Below are positions 1-9,815 of a stretch of DNA of 64,000 nucleotides, in pieces (the stretch's first letter is position 1; the number at the start of each line of letters is the position of its first letter). Below the pieces are notes generated by a model. It searched no databases and had not been told where the DNA came from. It saw only the letters and a program-made list of their open reading frames with translations. The translations under genes and the position numbers were made by a program. Origin of the DNA: Candidatus Latescibacterota bacterium (lineage in GTDB: Bacteria; Latescibacterota; UBA2968; GCA-2709665); assembly GCA_965208835.1 (NCBI GenBank), contig OZ242358.1, positions 608,001 to 672,000 on the forward strand, written 5' to 3'.

Positions 1-345
1 CTTTCCTCACTTCTCTTCACTCTCTCCTCGACTATTGCCTTTTCTCTCTTTTCTCACTTCTCTTCACTCTCTCCTCGACTACTGCCTTCTCTCTCTTCTC
101 ACTACTCTCCACTCTCTCCTCGACTATTGCCTTCTCTCTCTTCTCACTACTCTCCACTCTCTCCTCGACTTTCGCCTTCTCTCTTTTCTCACTTCTCTTC
201 ACTCTCTCCTCGACTTTCGCCTTCTCTCTTTTCTCACTGCTCTCCACTCTCTCCTCGACTTTCGCCTTCTCTCTCTTCTCACTACTCTCCACTCTCTCCT
301 CGACTACTGCCTTCTCTCTCTTCTCACTACTCTTCACTCTTTCCT
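1..345. repeat. Polypyrimidine/polypurine tandem repeat, 45-bp unit, about 7 copies; may continue left of the window
   Basis: The CTCCTCGACT core ends at 33, 80, 125, 170, 215, 260 and 305 (intervals 47, 45, 45, 45, 45, 45). The + strand is almost all C/T. Units differ by a few substitutions. Confidence 0.95.
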
Positions 346-1241
346 CTGCTTTTCTCCGGGTCGCCTGCGGGTCCGGCCGCATCCCAGATCAGACGCGGGC
401 CGCCGGCAAGCCCCCGAATATGCCCGTTCTCCCTTTCCCGCGGGTATCCCAGACAATGGGAAACATAGGTTACGCCTTCAATCTCGCGAAACCGGTTGCG
501 ATGCTGATGGCCGTAAATATGAATGGTCGATCCAAGTCGGCGAATCTGCGCATCCAGGCCCCGGCAACCCGCCACACGGCTGAAGTTGAACGCCGGATGG
601 GGATCTCCGGGCGATTTTCCCCACCGCAGCGGCGCGGGTATGCCGAATATCAGTTCCCTTCTCGGCAGGAAGTGGCTGAACGAGATCACCGGCGCTTCGT
701 ACGTCCCTGATACGTTCCTCTCATTCGCGCCGAGGAAAAACTCCGCGGGCGGCCGCGCGGTTTCGGGCCACCTGACGAAGTGGTCATCGCTCCACATTGA
801 CAGGGTCTCGTCTTCGCCCGCCTTGGGCGTGAACAAGCTGTCGGGACCCTCCTCGGGTTTCAGATACCACGAAAAGAGAGGGACAATCCATACGCTCTTC
901 CGGTTTCCGACCCTGCCGGGACGCGTCCTGACGTCGATTCGATCGCAAAGGGAAAGCACCTGGTCGAATTTGCCCAGAGAGCCGCGCGGCAGCCCCTCTC
1001 TCCGAACCCACAACTCATGGTTTCCCGGCACAAAAAACACGTCTGCGAACCTGGAGCGTACACTGGCCAGCGTCCTCTCCAGCCGGTCCATCCGGTCGCT
1101 CACGTCGCCGGCCAGAATCAACACGTCCCGCTGGAAGTCGGACTCCGACAGCGAATTCATCCAGGCCTGATTCAGCGCGGAGTCCACGTGGACATCCGAC
1201 AGCGCGAAGATGCGCGCCGTATCTTTTTCGTTTTTGCTCAT
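327..1241 (-). CDS. Calcineurin-like metallophosphoesterase
   Basis: Motifs SDVHVD, LAGDV, PGNHE, SHFLP and YGHQH in canonical order; 304 aa. Confidence 0.88.
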   Translation of the reverse strand: MSKNEKDTARIFALSDVHVDSALNQAWMNSLSESDFQRDVLILAGDVSDRMDRLERTLASVRSRFADVFFVPGNHELWVRREGLPRGSLGKFDQVLSLCDRIDVRTRPGRVGNRKSVWIVPLFSWYLKPEEGPDSLFTPKAGEDETLSMWSDDHFVRWPETARPPAEFFLGANERNVSGTYEAPVISFSHFLPRRELIFGIPAPLRWGKSPGDPHPAFNFSRVAGCRGLDAQIRRLGSTIHIYGHQHRNRFREIEGVTYVSHCLGYPRERENGHIRGLAGGPRLIWDAAGPAGDPEKSRGKSEE

Positions 1242-1319
1242 GTCCTGTCAATCGGTCCGCGCAAAGAAAACGGTCCCCGCCCACCGGCGCCGGCGGGTTC
1301 TACGGCGAAATTGGCGACC

Positions 1320-1952
1320 TTACTGCCTCGTCACCCGGCATACCGACCGGGACGCGGCGTCACAGTACCAGAACGCCCCGTTCCACATCGTCATCCCGTG
1401 CGGCTCGGGGTACTCCGTCGGAATATCGATTTTTTCCAGAATCGATCCATCCGCGGTATTCAAGCGGTAGATCGCGCGGTGATCGGTCTCGACGCACCAG
1501 AGGTCCCGGCCCTCCCAGGCGATACCGTGCGGACGGTCCCCTGGCGCGGGGATCGCATGTACCACGTTGAAGCCGTTCTCCAGTTTCACCTGGTATATCG
1601 TTGCCGAGGGTGGCACCGCCATCCAGAGGCATCCATCGCGCATCTCCAGTCCGTGGGCGCCCGTTGCCACGGCGCCGGGCGTGTCGAACCGTTCCAGGGT
1701 CACGCCCGTTTCACGATCCACGCGGAGAATTTTACTGTCATACGTGGAGGCCAGCCAGAGTTCTGAACCCACAGCCGTAATCCCGCTCCCCCGGTCCGAC
1801 GCCGTATCCAGCGTTTGCAGGGTTTCACCGGTGAATGAAACCAGAGCTGCCTGGTTCGATTTCTGGTCCAGAAACCAGATTCCGTCCGCCGTGGCCTGCA
1901 TGCCGTTCGGCTGCGGCCCCGGCGCGTTGAATTCGTGCGTGATTTCAATCAT
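1320..1952 (-). CDS. Small beta-propeller protein (Vgb/glutaminyl-cyclotransferase-like repeats)
   Basis: Five repeats of the form P-(G)-x-P-(H/N)-G-(M/I/L)-x-W-x-G-x-(L/F)W, e.g. PGDRPHGIAWEGRDLW and PEPHGMTMWNGAFW. Confidence 0.7.
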   Translation of the reverse strand: MIEITHEFNAPGPQPNGMQATADGIWFLDQKSNQAALVSFTGETLQTLDTASDRGSGITAVGSELWLASTYDSKILRVDRETGVTLERFDTPGAVATGAHGLEMRDGCLWMAVPPSATIYQVKLENGFNVVHAIPAPGDRPHGIAWEGRDLWCVETDHRAIYRLNTADGSILEKIDIPTEYPEPHGMTMWNGAFWYCDAASRSVCRVTRQ

Positions 1953-2006
1953 TCGAATGCTCCCGGTTACACGGATTCCCGCGAATTCGACCGGTTGCCG
2001 GCCGGA

Positions 2007-2828
2007 TTACGCCACCCTTGTTTGCGACATATTCATCAGTCCGATGATGCTGCCGGGGTGCTCGTCGCGGGTGCTGAATCCGGGTGAATCGCCGCGCTTG
2101 CGGTAACGTGCGGTGCGTATGTACGGCGGCATCATTTCAGGATATCGGAAAGACGAAGGTTCCCGCTTCAGCTTTTCGATCGCGTTCAATGCGCCTTCCC
2201 GTATGAGCGCGCGGGACCGCGCCGGCGCGAGATTGACCGCGCTCAGCTTGGCGCGGCTGTAGGCGTCCGCGTCCAGGTCTTCAAGCCCGTCGGGAAGCAG
2301 CCCGCGTTTCACGCCAACGGTGACCACGCCGGGTGTGAGCGCCTCGGCCTCGGCGGCGAAGGCTTCCTCTCCCGCCGCGAAAATCGCCGGCACCCCGAGT
2401 TCCATCGCGCACAGCACCAGTTGCCCGTATTCTCCAATGGAAATCCCGTTGATCGCATAGTCCACGCAAGCGAAACTCCCCGTGTGGGTCAGATGCGACC
2501 ACGGCGTTCCGGCCTTCGCGTGCTGCCCCACGTATGCCACCCCGTGGTAAGACCCGTCCAGGCTCCAGGGCCAGATCGGCGCCGCGTGGCCACGCATCAG
2601 TTGCGCGCGCTCGTCCAAGAGTTCCGGATCCATGGCGCCGTGCCCGTGCCCGTCGACCACCAGGATCTCTTCCGCGCCGCCTTCGCTGAACCCGTCCACC
2701 GCGGCGTTGACTTCCAGCGTCAGCAGCCTCTTCGCCTTATCGTAATACATCGCGCCCGGAACGCACCAGTCCTCGAAATTCAGAATGCCGGCCACGCCTT
2801 CCAGGTCCGTCATCATCATCAGCTTCAT
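2007..2828 (-). CDS. dppA: M55 family D-aminopeptidase (DppA-like)
   Basis: N-terminal DLEGVAG plus VDGHG, VGQHA, HLTHT and IGEYG motifs; 273 aa. Confidence 0.85.
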   Translation of the reverse strand: MKLMMMTDLEGVAGILNFEDWCVPGAMYYDKAKRLLTLEVNAAVDGFSEGGAEEILVVDGHGHGAMDPELLDERAQLMRGHAAPIWPWSLDGSYHGVAYVGQHAKAGTPWSHLTHTGSFACVDYAINGISIGEYGQLVLCAMELGVPAIFAAGEEAFAAEAEALTPGVVTVGVKRGLLPDGLEDLDADAYSRAKLSAVNLAPARSRALIREGALNAIEKLKREPSSFRYPEMMPPYIRTARYRKRGDSPGFSTRDEHPGSIIGLMNMSQTRVA

Positions 2829-2868
2829 CGTCCATCTCCCGTCATTAAACGATCTTCGGCTCGTGAGT

Positions 2869-4062
2869 CTATGACTCGCGCCCGACCCAGAGGTCGTTGA
2901 AGCCCGTCACGGGCCCGTCGTCGTTCGGGCCGCTGGCCAGGTCCAGTCCACCGAACAGGTACACCGAGTCATCCAGGGCTGCCATGCCCGGCACGCGCCG
3001 GACGCCCGGATGAGCCGCGGACTCCGAATAGTCCTTCGAGCCGTCGTGCGCCTGCAGGCAGGTCCAGTCGCCAGTGCCAAGATTCAGGCGCCAGAGATCG
3101 TTCATTTGCGGTCCGTTCACTTCCTCCGGCATGAAGGTTTCCCGGGGCCCGAACCCGCCGAAAACATACCATTGGTCCCCGATCCTTGCCGAACCCTGGC
3201 CGTACCTGGCTGAAGGCCGGTTCACCGCCCCGAAGTCATTTTCCGCGAGGCAGGTCCATCCGCGCGTGGCCGGATCGAAGCACCACAGGTCGTTATAGAA
3301 CTGCGGATCCCGATCCTGCGTGTCTCTCCCCGCCCAGACATATATCCGGTCCTCCCAGGCTGTCATCGACATGACGTACCGTTTCGGCGGGACAGCCGCG
3401 CCTTCCGCCGGTTCGATCCGGTCCCAGGTCCCGGTCCGGGTATCATAGATCCAGAGTTGTCTGCTCAGCACCGCGGTTTCGACGGTCGGGGGAAGCGGCG
3501 CCCGGTGGCCCCAACCGCCAAAGAGATAGATCCTGGCACCGATAACGGCCGTGCCGAACCCGCCCATCGTCGCCGGTCGACCGCACCCGGCAAAATCGGG
3601 ATGTTCCAGCAACACGCCGTCATCCGGCTCCAGCAGCGTCCAGCGCCCATCCACGGGTTCGTACATCCACAGATCGTTCAGAAGCGTGAACTTCCAGCCC
3701 TCGCTCAGGATCGACAACCCGCCAAACAGGTAGAACCGGTCGTCTATTTCAACCCACGCGGGCAGCATGCGAGCGCACGGTCTTTCTGCCGGGACGTCGA
3801 ACCCGGCAGCGCCGTCGTTCGCTTCCAGCAGGTTCCATGCCTCGAGCGACGGATCGTACACCCACAGGTCGTTCAATGCGCCCAGCGTGGACTTGTTTCC
3901 CTGTCCGGAGGAGGCGCCGTATCGGAGGGTACCGCCGCCGAACATATAGATGCGTCCTCGGTAGGGCAGCAGCGCTCCCGGCGCCTCTCTTGCACAGGGC
4001 ACGTCGGCGCCTGTCGAGTCGACTTCGGGATGGCAGAGGCGCCAGTTGAATCGGGGCGTCAT
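2869..4062 (-). CDS. Kelch-repeat beta-propeller protein
   Basis: Six YxFGG...NDLWxYD...W repeats; no obvious signal peptide. Confidence 0.88.
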   Translation of the reverse strand: MTPRFNWRLCHPEVDSTGADVPCAREAPGALLPYRGRIYMFGGGTLRYGASSGQGNKSTLGALNDLWVYDPSLEAWNLLEANDGAAGFDVPAERPCARMLPAWVEIDDRFYLFGGLSILSEGWKFTLLNDLWMYEPVDGRWTLLEPDDGVLLEHPDFAGCGRPATMGGFGTAVIGARIYLFGGWGHRAPLPPTVETAVLSRQLWIYDTRTGTWDRIEPAEGAAVPPKRYVMSMTAWEDRIYVWAGRDTQDRDPQFYNDLWCFDPATRGWTCLAENDFGAVNRPSARYGQGSARIGDQWYVFGGFGPRETFMPEEVNGPQMNDLWRLNLGTGDWTCLQAHDGSKDYSESAAHPGVRRVPGMAALDDSVYLFGGLDLASGPNDDGPVTGFNDLWVGRES

Positions 4063-4104
4063 TTGACTCTCACACAGCCTTTCGCCGCATATCCAGTCGC
4101 GCGT

Positions 4105-5805
4105 TCAGGGAAGAACAGGCAGGACCAGGCGCGAAGGATATTCCCTGGAATGATGTACCTCCTGTATCGCCGCCACGAGTTCCGTTTCCGCCAGGTCGTT
4201 CCCGCCCGTGTTGTGATTCCTGTCGTGGTTCGGAAAATCGCTGCTGGTGATTTCGAGGCGTATCCTGTGGCCCGCGAGAAACCTGCAGGCCGTCGGCGTC
4301 ATGCGGATGCGGTATTCGGTCACCGCTTCCGGCGTGATGAAGTCCTCCTCGTCCAGCGAATGGCGGTGGCGCGCGCGGACCATTCCGTATGCGACGTCCA
4401 TTGCCGGACCGCCGGGATCTTCATCCACGAGACGGACGAAAAAATCGGTATCCGCCGCCGAAGTCGCCGCGTAGAGAACGACTTCGGGATAGCCCACGGT
4501 CTCCACGTCGGTCTCCAGAATCGGCGTGCGGAAAATCAGGATATCCGGGCGATAATCGAGCCGCCTTCTGTCCGACGGTTCGGTGAAAAGGGCGGTTGAC
4601 CAGAGCGTGGGTACGGGGTCGTTCGGATCGTACACGTACGAATCAGGGCTCTCGCCGGCGGGTTGGGCGTCCAGCAGACGGCCGGACCCCGCGGGCAGGT
4701 GCGCATCGCCGTCGCTGTCCAGAAAGTAGACCGCCCGCTTCGTTCCTTCCGGCGGCCAGGTCGACGCGGACTTCCAGGCGCCGGACCCCATCACGAAGTA
4801 CCGCACGGCCGGATCCCGGTCCACCCCGTTGTCATCGCCCTTGAGCCAGCGGTCGAACCAGCGGATCATCGCATCCTGAAGGTTCAATTTGGCCGCCGGC
4901 CCGAAATCGACGGGCCCCTGTTTCCGGCCGCCCAGGTTGTTGTGGTTCCACGGTCCGATCACGAGCCGGGTCTGCGTCCTTGCGTTTTCCGTCCGTCCGT
5001 GTTTCTGCATCAGCCCGAGATGGGCCATCGTGCCCCCGCAATGGTCGTACCAGCCGCTGAAATCCAGGTTCGGAACCTCCACGTCGCGGTGGATTTCGTC
5101 GAATTTCCAGCACCGGCGGTTCGGGTGCCGCAACCAGTCCTCGACGTAACCGGCGAGTCCCTCGGGCAGGTAGCGCGGCAGATCCAGCCACGGCATGAAA
5201 TACAGCCATCGCATACGCTCAACGTCTTCCCATATTTCCACCGCGTCGTCCCTGTGGTGGGGACCCGGAGCGCCCTCCCTCCGCCGTATATCGGGCGCCA
5301 TGGTTCCCATCCACCACTTGACGCGACGCGCGGGTCGAAAGGACCCCCACCAGTCCACTTCCGTATTCTCGAGCGGAATCGACCAGGCGCACATCGCGAC
5401 CAGGTGCGGCGGCCGCAACCGGGCCAGCATCCACTGCATCCAGGCGTTGTAGGAACCGCCGAACGTGCCGACCTTCCCGTTGCAATACGGCTGCCGCGCC
5501 AGCCACTCGACGCTTTCGTATCCGTCCTGCGCATCGGGCGTTCCGCTCTCGACCGTATACGGGATATACGTTCCTTCAGAAGCATAGCGACCGCGTGAAT
5601 CCTGGGTGACCACGGCGTATCCGGACCGCACCACCCGCTGGAATCCGCCGTTCGGCTTTCCGTACGGGGTGCGCATCAACAGTCCGGGATACCGCCCGGT
5701 TCCCGCCGGCCGGAACACGTTCGCGCGCAACACCACGCCGTCGGACATCGGTACGGCGACGTCATTGTCCACGACGATCTCCGGTGCGTCCTCTTTCCCA
5801 CTCAT
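4105..5805 (-). CDS. CocE/NonD family serine hydrolase (S15)
   Basis: RTPYGK, QDSRGRYASEG, nucleophile elbow GGSYNA, GWYD and GPWNH, followed by a PepX_C-like domain (GHRIRLEITSSDFP). Confidence 0.92.
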   Translation of the reverse strand: MSGKEDAPEIVVDNDVAVPMSDGVVLRANVFRPAGTGRYPGLLMRTPYGKPNGGFQRVVRSGYAVVTQDSRGRYASEGTYIPYTVESGTPDAQDGYESVEWLARQPYCNGKVGTFGGSYNAWMQWMLARLRPPHLVAMCAWSIPLENTEVDWWGSFRPARRVKWWMGTMAPDIRRREGAPGPHHRDDAVEIWEDVERMRWLYFMPWLDLPRYLPEGLAGYVEDWLRHPNRRCWKFDEIHRDVEVPNLDFSGWYDHCGGTMAHLGLMQKHGRTENARTQTRLVIGPWNHNNLGGRKQGPVDFGPAAKLNLQDAMIRWFDRWLKGDDNGVDRDPAVRYFVMGSGAWKSASTWPPEGTKRAVYFLDSDGDAHLPAGSGRLLDAQPAGESPDSYVYDPNDPVPTLWSTALFTEPSDRRRLDYRPDILIFRTPILETDVETVGYPEVVLYAATSAADTDFFVRLVDEDPGGPAMDVAYGMVRARHRHSLDEEDFITPEAVTEYRIRMTPTACRFLAGHRIRLEITSSDFPNHDRNHNTGGNDLAETELVAAIQEVHHSREYPSRLVLPVLP

Positions 5806-5847
5806 GCCGTTCCTTCCGACAGCCCGGCTGTTGCCGAAACGCGGCTT

Positions 5848-7407
5848 TCAGATTCGCTTGATTATATTTCGAAATCCGTTCACGGCGTCCAGGAATCCCG
5901 TAGCGCCCGGCAGCGGCCACAGGCAGAAGACCCCGTCGAAACTTCGACACCTGAGATTGGAGAGAATCTCCACGAGTTCCGCGTTGCCTTCGCCGGAAAT
6001 CGCCGGCGCCCCGCTTTCCGCGACGACGTCCCTGAAGTCGACGTGCCTGACGGACCGCCGGATCGGGCCTTTATAGAGTCCCATATAGAACGGGCTTCCG
6101 CCCGATACCGCCACGGCGGCCGGATCGTATGCCATGTTTACTCTGTCCGACCGGATCTCTCTCAATCCTTCCGCGATATCCGACGGGTTCACTCCGGCGG
6201 GATTTCCCACGAGTACGTTGACTCCGTTGTCATCGGCGACCCGGGCGAGCCGTTCAAGCGAATCGTCCAGGTCCACCCGCTCGACGTCGTCTGCCAGATG
6301 GACGTGAAGGTACCCTGCATCGAGACCCGCTGCAATTGTACAAGCCTCCGCCAGAGCGCCGGAAGACGCGAACGGCGTGCGCAATACCACGACTTCGAGG
6401 TCCCGATCTTCCATGCGAACACGAAGGTCGTCGACATCGACCAGGTGATTCCTGTGCAGTTCGACCGATGAAACCCCCGCCTTTGCGACCAGGTCCAGCG
6501 CTTTTCCGGTATCTGCACCCACCGCCCACAGCGGCGTGCTCAGACTGAAATCCTCTTCCTCCAGCACGGACTTCAGGGGTTCCCCGGATGCGGCCGGCGC
6601 GCCGCGCCGGATCGCGGGAGGGCCGGCGGAGGATCTCGCGATTTTCTCCCTGTATCCCACGCAGTCCGCGCAATGCGGATTTTCGTCCAGCGCAAAGCCG
6701 GGGTCGTGCGACATCTCGCGCCGCATAATGGCCGCACCCCTGGGAGCGTCGATCAGGCGGCAAACCGCCGGCCCGATCGTATCCACCTCCATGGCGCCCT
6801 CCGCCCTGAACAGCCGATCGAACTTCAACACGCCCCCGCGATGCCCGCCCGGACAGCGGCGAATCGTCATCGCGCGGACCTCGCCGTTTTCGCCCACATA
6901 TTTCATATCCAATTCACGGAGATAGGGCAGGTCCAGTTCCGCCTCCACCGTGTGCAGCAGCGTCATCGTATCCAGGTCGCATCCGATGTGAAGCACCTTT
7001 CCGCCGAGGGTGATCAGGCGGCCATAGGGCGTCTCCGGCCCGTCCGGCACAGCGCTTTCTTCGTGATCGGAGAGGATCTCCTCCGCCCTCGCACCGTACC
7101 CGGCCACCGGATGATACGGATGCCGGCTGCGCAGCACGCCCGGCCGCAATCGGAACGTTTCGCTGATGACGCCCATGTCCGAAGGGATCGTGTCCGGATC
7201 GAACGTGCGTCCGTCGCGGGCCGGATGGGTGGGCATCATCAGGGTTCCCTCGGGACCCACGGCTTCGATGAGTGCGTCGATCACCGCGTTAGCGCCGCCC
7301 GATACGGGTCCCAGGCTGCTCAGTGACGAATGGACCACTACAATCGCGCCGGGCTGCAATCCCAGCGCCAACAACCCCTCTTCGATTTCGCGTTGAGTCA
7401 ACATCAC
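5848..7407 (-). CDS. AAC(3)-family N-acetyltransferase fused to a C-terminal xylose-isomerase-like TIM barrel
   Basis: N-terminal half has VHSSLSSLG, GTLMMPT, SRHPYHP and TLLHTVE. C-terminal half has YDPA, HVDFRD, GEGNAE and FDGVFCL, typical of the AP-endonuclease-2/sugar-phosphate isomerase fold. Confidence 0.8.
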   Translation of the reverse strand: MMLTQREIEEGLLALGLQPGAIVVVHSSLSSLGPVSGGANAVIDALIEAVGPEGTLMMPTHPARDGRTFDPDTIPSDMGVISETFRLRPGVLRSRHPYHPVAGYGARAEEILSDHEESAVPDGPETPYGRLITLGGKVLHIGCDLDTMTLLHTVEAELDLPYLRELDMKYVGENGEVRAMTIRRCPGGHRGGVLKFDRLFRAEGAMEVDTIGPAVCRLIDAPRGAAIMRREMSHDPGFALDENPHCADCVGYREKIARSSAGPPAIRRGAPAASGEPLKSVLEEEDFSLSTPLWAVGADTGKALDLVAKAGVSSVELHRNHLVDVDDLRVRMEDRDLEVVVLRTPFASSGALAEACTIAAGLDAGYLHVHLADDVERVDLDDSLERLARVADDNGVNVLVGNPAGVNPSDIAEGLREIRSDRVNMAYDPAAVAVSGGSPFYMGLYKGPIRRSVRHVDFRDVVAESGAPAISGEGNAELVEILSNLRCRSFDGVFCLWPLPGATGFLDAVNGFRNIIKRI

Positions 7408-7504
7408 AGCTGTCCAGGAAAATTTGGTAACGATGATTCCGGACAGGCAAGCCCTTTTGTGTTTTTGTGCCTTTTGTGGTAATTGCCTTTTGGCGGCCCT
7501 GTAC

Positions 7505-8200
7505 CTACCGCCATTCGATCAGCGCCTTCGCGTACGCGCGCCCTACCAGCCTGGATCCTTCTCGCAGATACGGAATATGGTGTCCGGACAGGATGCAATC
7601 CACGTGCAGCGTGGAAAGCCGTTTCAGGGTCCTTATGTACGTGGGTTTGTCGAACTCTTCGCCCCCCTGCCAGCCCAGTTCCGGCTGGTAGTAGGTATTT
7701 CCGCAGAACAACACGTCGCCAGCCAGCCAGATGGTCTTGCCGGCGTGTTCGAGTTTGTAGATGACACATCCGTTGGTGTGGCCCGGCGCGTGGATGACCT
7801 CGAACCGGAATCCGCAGGCGTCGATCGTGTCGCCGTCCTCAACCACTCGGTCCACCTTGCAGGCCGGCAGACGGAACCCCGCGGCGTACGGAATCGTACG
7901 CGCGTCCGAGTTCTCGATCCCTTCCGCGTCGCCGGGCCCGGCGATCACGAAGGCGCCGCGTTCCCGAATCGCCGCCGCGTTGCCGATATGATCGTAGTGG
8001 CTGTGGGTCAGAAACAGGTAATCCACCTTGTCCAGCGAGATCCCCCACAGGGCCAGCTGTGCTTCGGCCCGGTTCAGGTCGCCGGGTACCGACCCCGAGT
8101 CGACCATGATCGTTCCTCCCCGGCTGTGCAGCACGTAGAAATTAGGGTGTTGGGCGTAGGCAAACCCGTCCGCGAGATAGATATTCGGCAGAATCTGCAT
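7505..8200 (-). CDS. MBL-fold metallo-hydrolase
   Basis: THSHYDH, PGHT, AGDVLF and SGHH motifs. Confidence 0.9.
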   Translation of the reverse strand: MQILPNIYLADGFAYAQHPNFYVLHSRGGTIMVDSGSVPGDLNRAEAQLALWGISLDKVDYLFLTHSHYDHIGNAAAIRERGAFVIAGPGDAEGIENSDARTIPYAAGFRLPACKVDRVVEDGDTIDACGFRFEVIHAPGHTNGCVIYKLEHAGKTIWLAGDVLFCGNTYYQPELGWQGGEEFDKPTYIRTLKRLSTLHVDCILSGHHIPYLREGSRLVGRAYAKALIEWR

Positions 8201-8225
8201 TCTGGTCTCCGTAGGCGCTGTGACC

Positions 8226-9101
8226 CTAAACGTCGGAAGTGCCCGTATATCCTGGAGGAATAAGCCCCCGTTGATGGTCTCTGCAGTGCTCCAGGAAACT
8301 GCGGTCCCTCAACAGGAAACCGGGATCTTCCACGATGCACCGGGTGCCGGCGTCAATCAGTTTCCTTGCGTTCATAATCGTGATTTTCGCGTCGCCGATC
8401 CTGCCGTACGTCACAAGATCCAGCCTCTGCATTTCGGGCTCCATCAGACTGTAGTCCCTGGGCACGTTCGGCGTATGCACCTTCTGAACGTGGACATGGA
8501 TCCGGCCCCGCTCGTCCGCCACCTCCAGCCGGGAGGGCTCGTCCATAAGCGCATAGGGCGCGTGACCGTATTCCTCACACGCGTGCATCATCGTGCAGCT
8601 GGTCCATCCCGTTCCCAGAAACATGTAATGAGCGTCGATTTCGCCCAGCTTTCCCCAGGCCGTATCCCGTCCGCACGGCGTGAAACAGCGGACCGCGCCG
8701 TCCGCGAGGTATTCAGCATGGCGCCCGATCGCACACATCGGATTGCTGGAATCCAGGCATCTGACGGCATATGGATGGTGCCGGAAGACTTCCGTGATGC
8801 GACCCATCCTGGAGGGCGAGCGTCGCACGTCGAATGCCGGACTTCCGCTGTTGAGCGCATACTCGCAGTGCCACCCGTTGAAATGACACGTATGCACCGC
8901 AATCGTGCCCCGGGGCCCTACCGCCTCGAGAAACGCGTCGATCACGGTTTCCGCGCCGCCCTCCACGTAACCCATACTGCTCAGGGAATTGTGGAAAAAC
9001 ACCGCGTCGCCGGGATTCACCACCAGGTTCCGCAGGCCTTCGATGATGTCGTTTTTCCTGACGACGGTCTTTCCTTCCGGTGACCAGGGTTTCTTTGCCA
9101 T
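8226..9101 (-). CDS. AAC(3)-family N-acetyltransferase (second paralogue)
   Basis: HNSLSSMGYVEGG, MGRITEVFR and CTMMHACEE motifs. Confidence 0.85.
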   Translation of the reverse strand: MAKKPWSPEGKTVVRKNDIIEGLRNLVVNPGDAVFFHNSLSSMGYVEGGAETVIDAFLEAVGPRGTIAVHTCHFNGWHCEYALNSGSPAFDVRRSPSRMGRITEVFRHHPYAVRCLDSSNPMCAIGRHAEYLADGAVRCFTPCGRDTAWGKLGEIDAHYMFLGTGWTSCTMMHACEEYGHAPYALMDEPSRLEVADERGRIHVHVQKVHTPNVPRDYSLMEPEMQRLDLVTYGRIGDAKITIMNARKLIDAGTRCIVEDPGFLLRDRSFLEHCRDHQRGLIPPGYTGTSDV

Positions 9102-9175
9102 CCGGGGAGTCTCCCTTTAAATGAGCGATGCCTGTTCCAATAGTTGAGCCGGTCGCCGCCGCGTCCTTTTGCCAG

Positions 9176-9766
9176 TCAGCCGCGGTACCGGGCGAGAGAC
9201 GGATGGTCCAGGACGGACGCGAGCCACGTCCATCCCTCTTTACATCGACTGTAGGTCTCAAACGGGATGAAGTCGAAGTCCAGGTACAGGTTGATCGCGC
9301 GAGCGCTGGTGGTCTGGGTGGTCAGGTAGGCGCGATCGTGGAAGTCCGCGATCCGCCGAAGCGATGCCGCCAGAAGCGGCCTGGCGAGTCCCCGGCCCTG
9401 ATACTCCGGCCGGATGGCGATCCAGTGGATGCGGCCGTAGTCCTTTCCGTTGAACGCGTCGTTGTACCAGGCCGTGCTCGTGCCGATCACCCGACCGTCC
9501 GGGGTTTCGAGATAGAGGCACCGTTCCTCCATTCTGTCCCGGCCAGCACCGAACTCGCGTTCGAAGCCGGCGAGCGCCCCGTTCATCGAATCGAACGAAG
9601 CCACGGCGACCTCGATTTCCGCCCAGAGGTGGTCTTCTCCGGCCCGGTAGTAGCGGAGGCGGTACCCTGCGGGAAGCGGATATACGGGTAGGTCCGTGAG
9701 GTCTTCCCTGACCATCACCACCGGAATGTATTCCTGCTTCTTCTCCCAGATTGCTTCGATTCTCAC
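9176..9766 (-). CDS. GNAT family N-acetyltransferase
   Basis: Acetyl-CoA motif IRPEYQGRGLA and AINLYLDFDF. Confidence 0.88.
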   Translation of the reverse strand: MRIEAIWEKKQEYIPVVMVREDLTDLPVYPLPAGYRLRYYRAGEDHLWAEIEVAVASFDSMNGALAGFEREFGAGRDRMEERCLYLETPDGRVIGTSTAWYNDAFNGKDYGRIHWIAIRPEYQGRGLARPLLAASLRRIADFHDRAYLTTQTTSARAINLYLDFDFIPFETYSRCKEGWTWLASVLDHPSLARYRG

Positions 9767-9815
9767 AATCCCTGCCTCCGTGTCGCATTGTCGGGGGGCA
9801 ACCCTCGCGCTGCGC

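Noticed and set aside
1-345. CRISPR array
   Set aside because: The units are contiguous and low-complexity with no unique spacers, and there are no cas genes in the window.
32-583. Repeat-derived ORFs (32-382 minus, 35-583 plus, 127-468 plus) as genes
   Set aside because: They are open because of repeat composition. They overlap the phosphoesterase gene, have no clear SD, and the period breaks at a 47-bp unit.
5848-9101. Bona fide aminoglycoside or beta-lactam resistance genes
   Set aside because: Only family-level motifs are visible, there is no mobile context, and function cannot be assigned from the fold.
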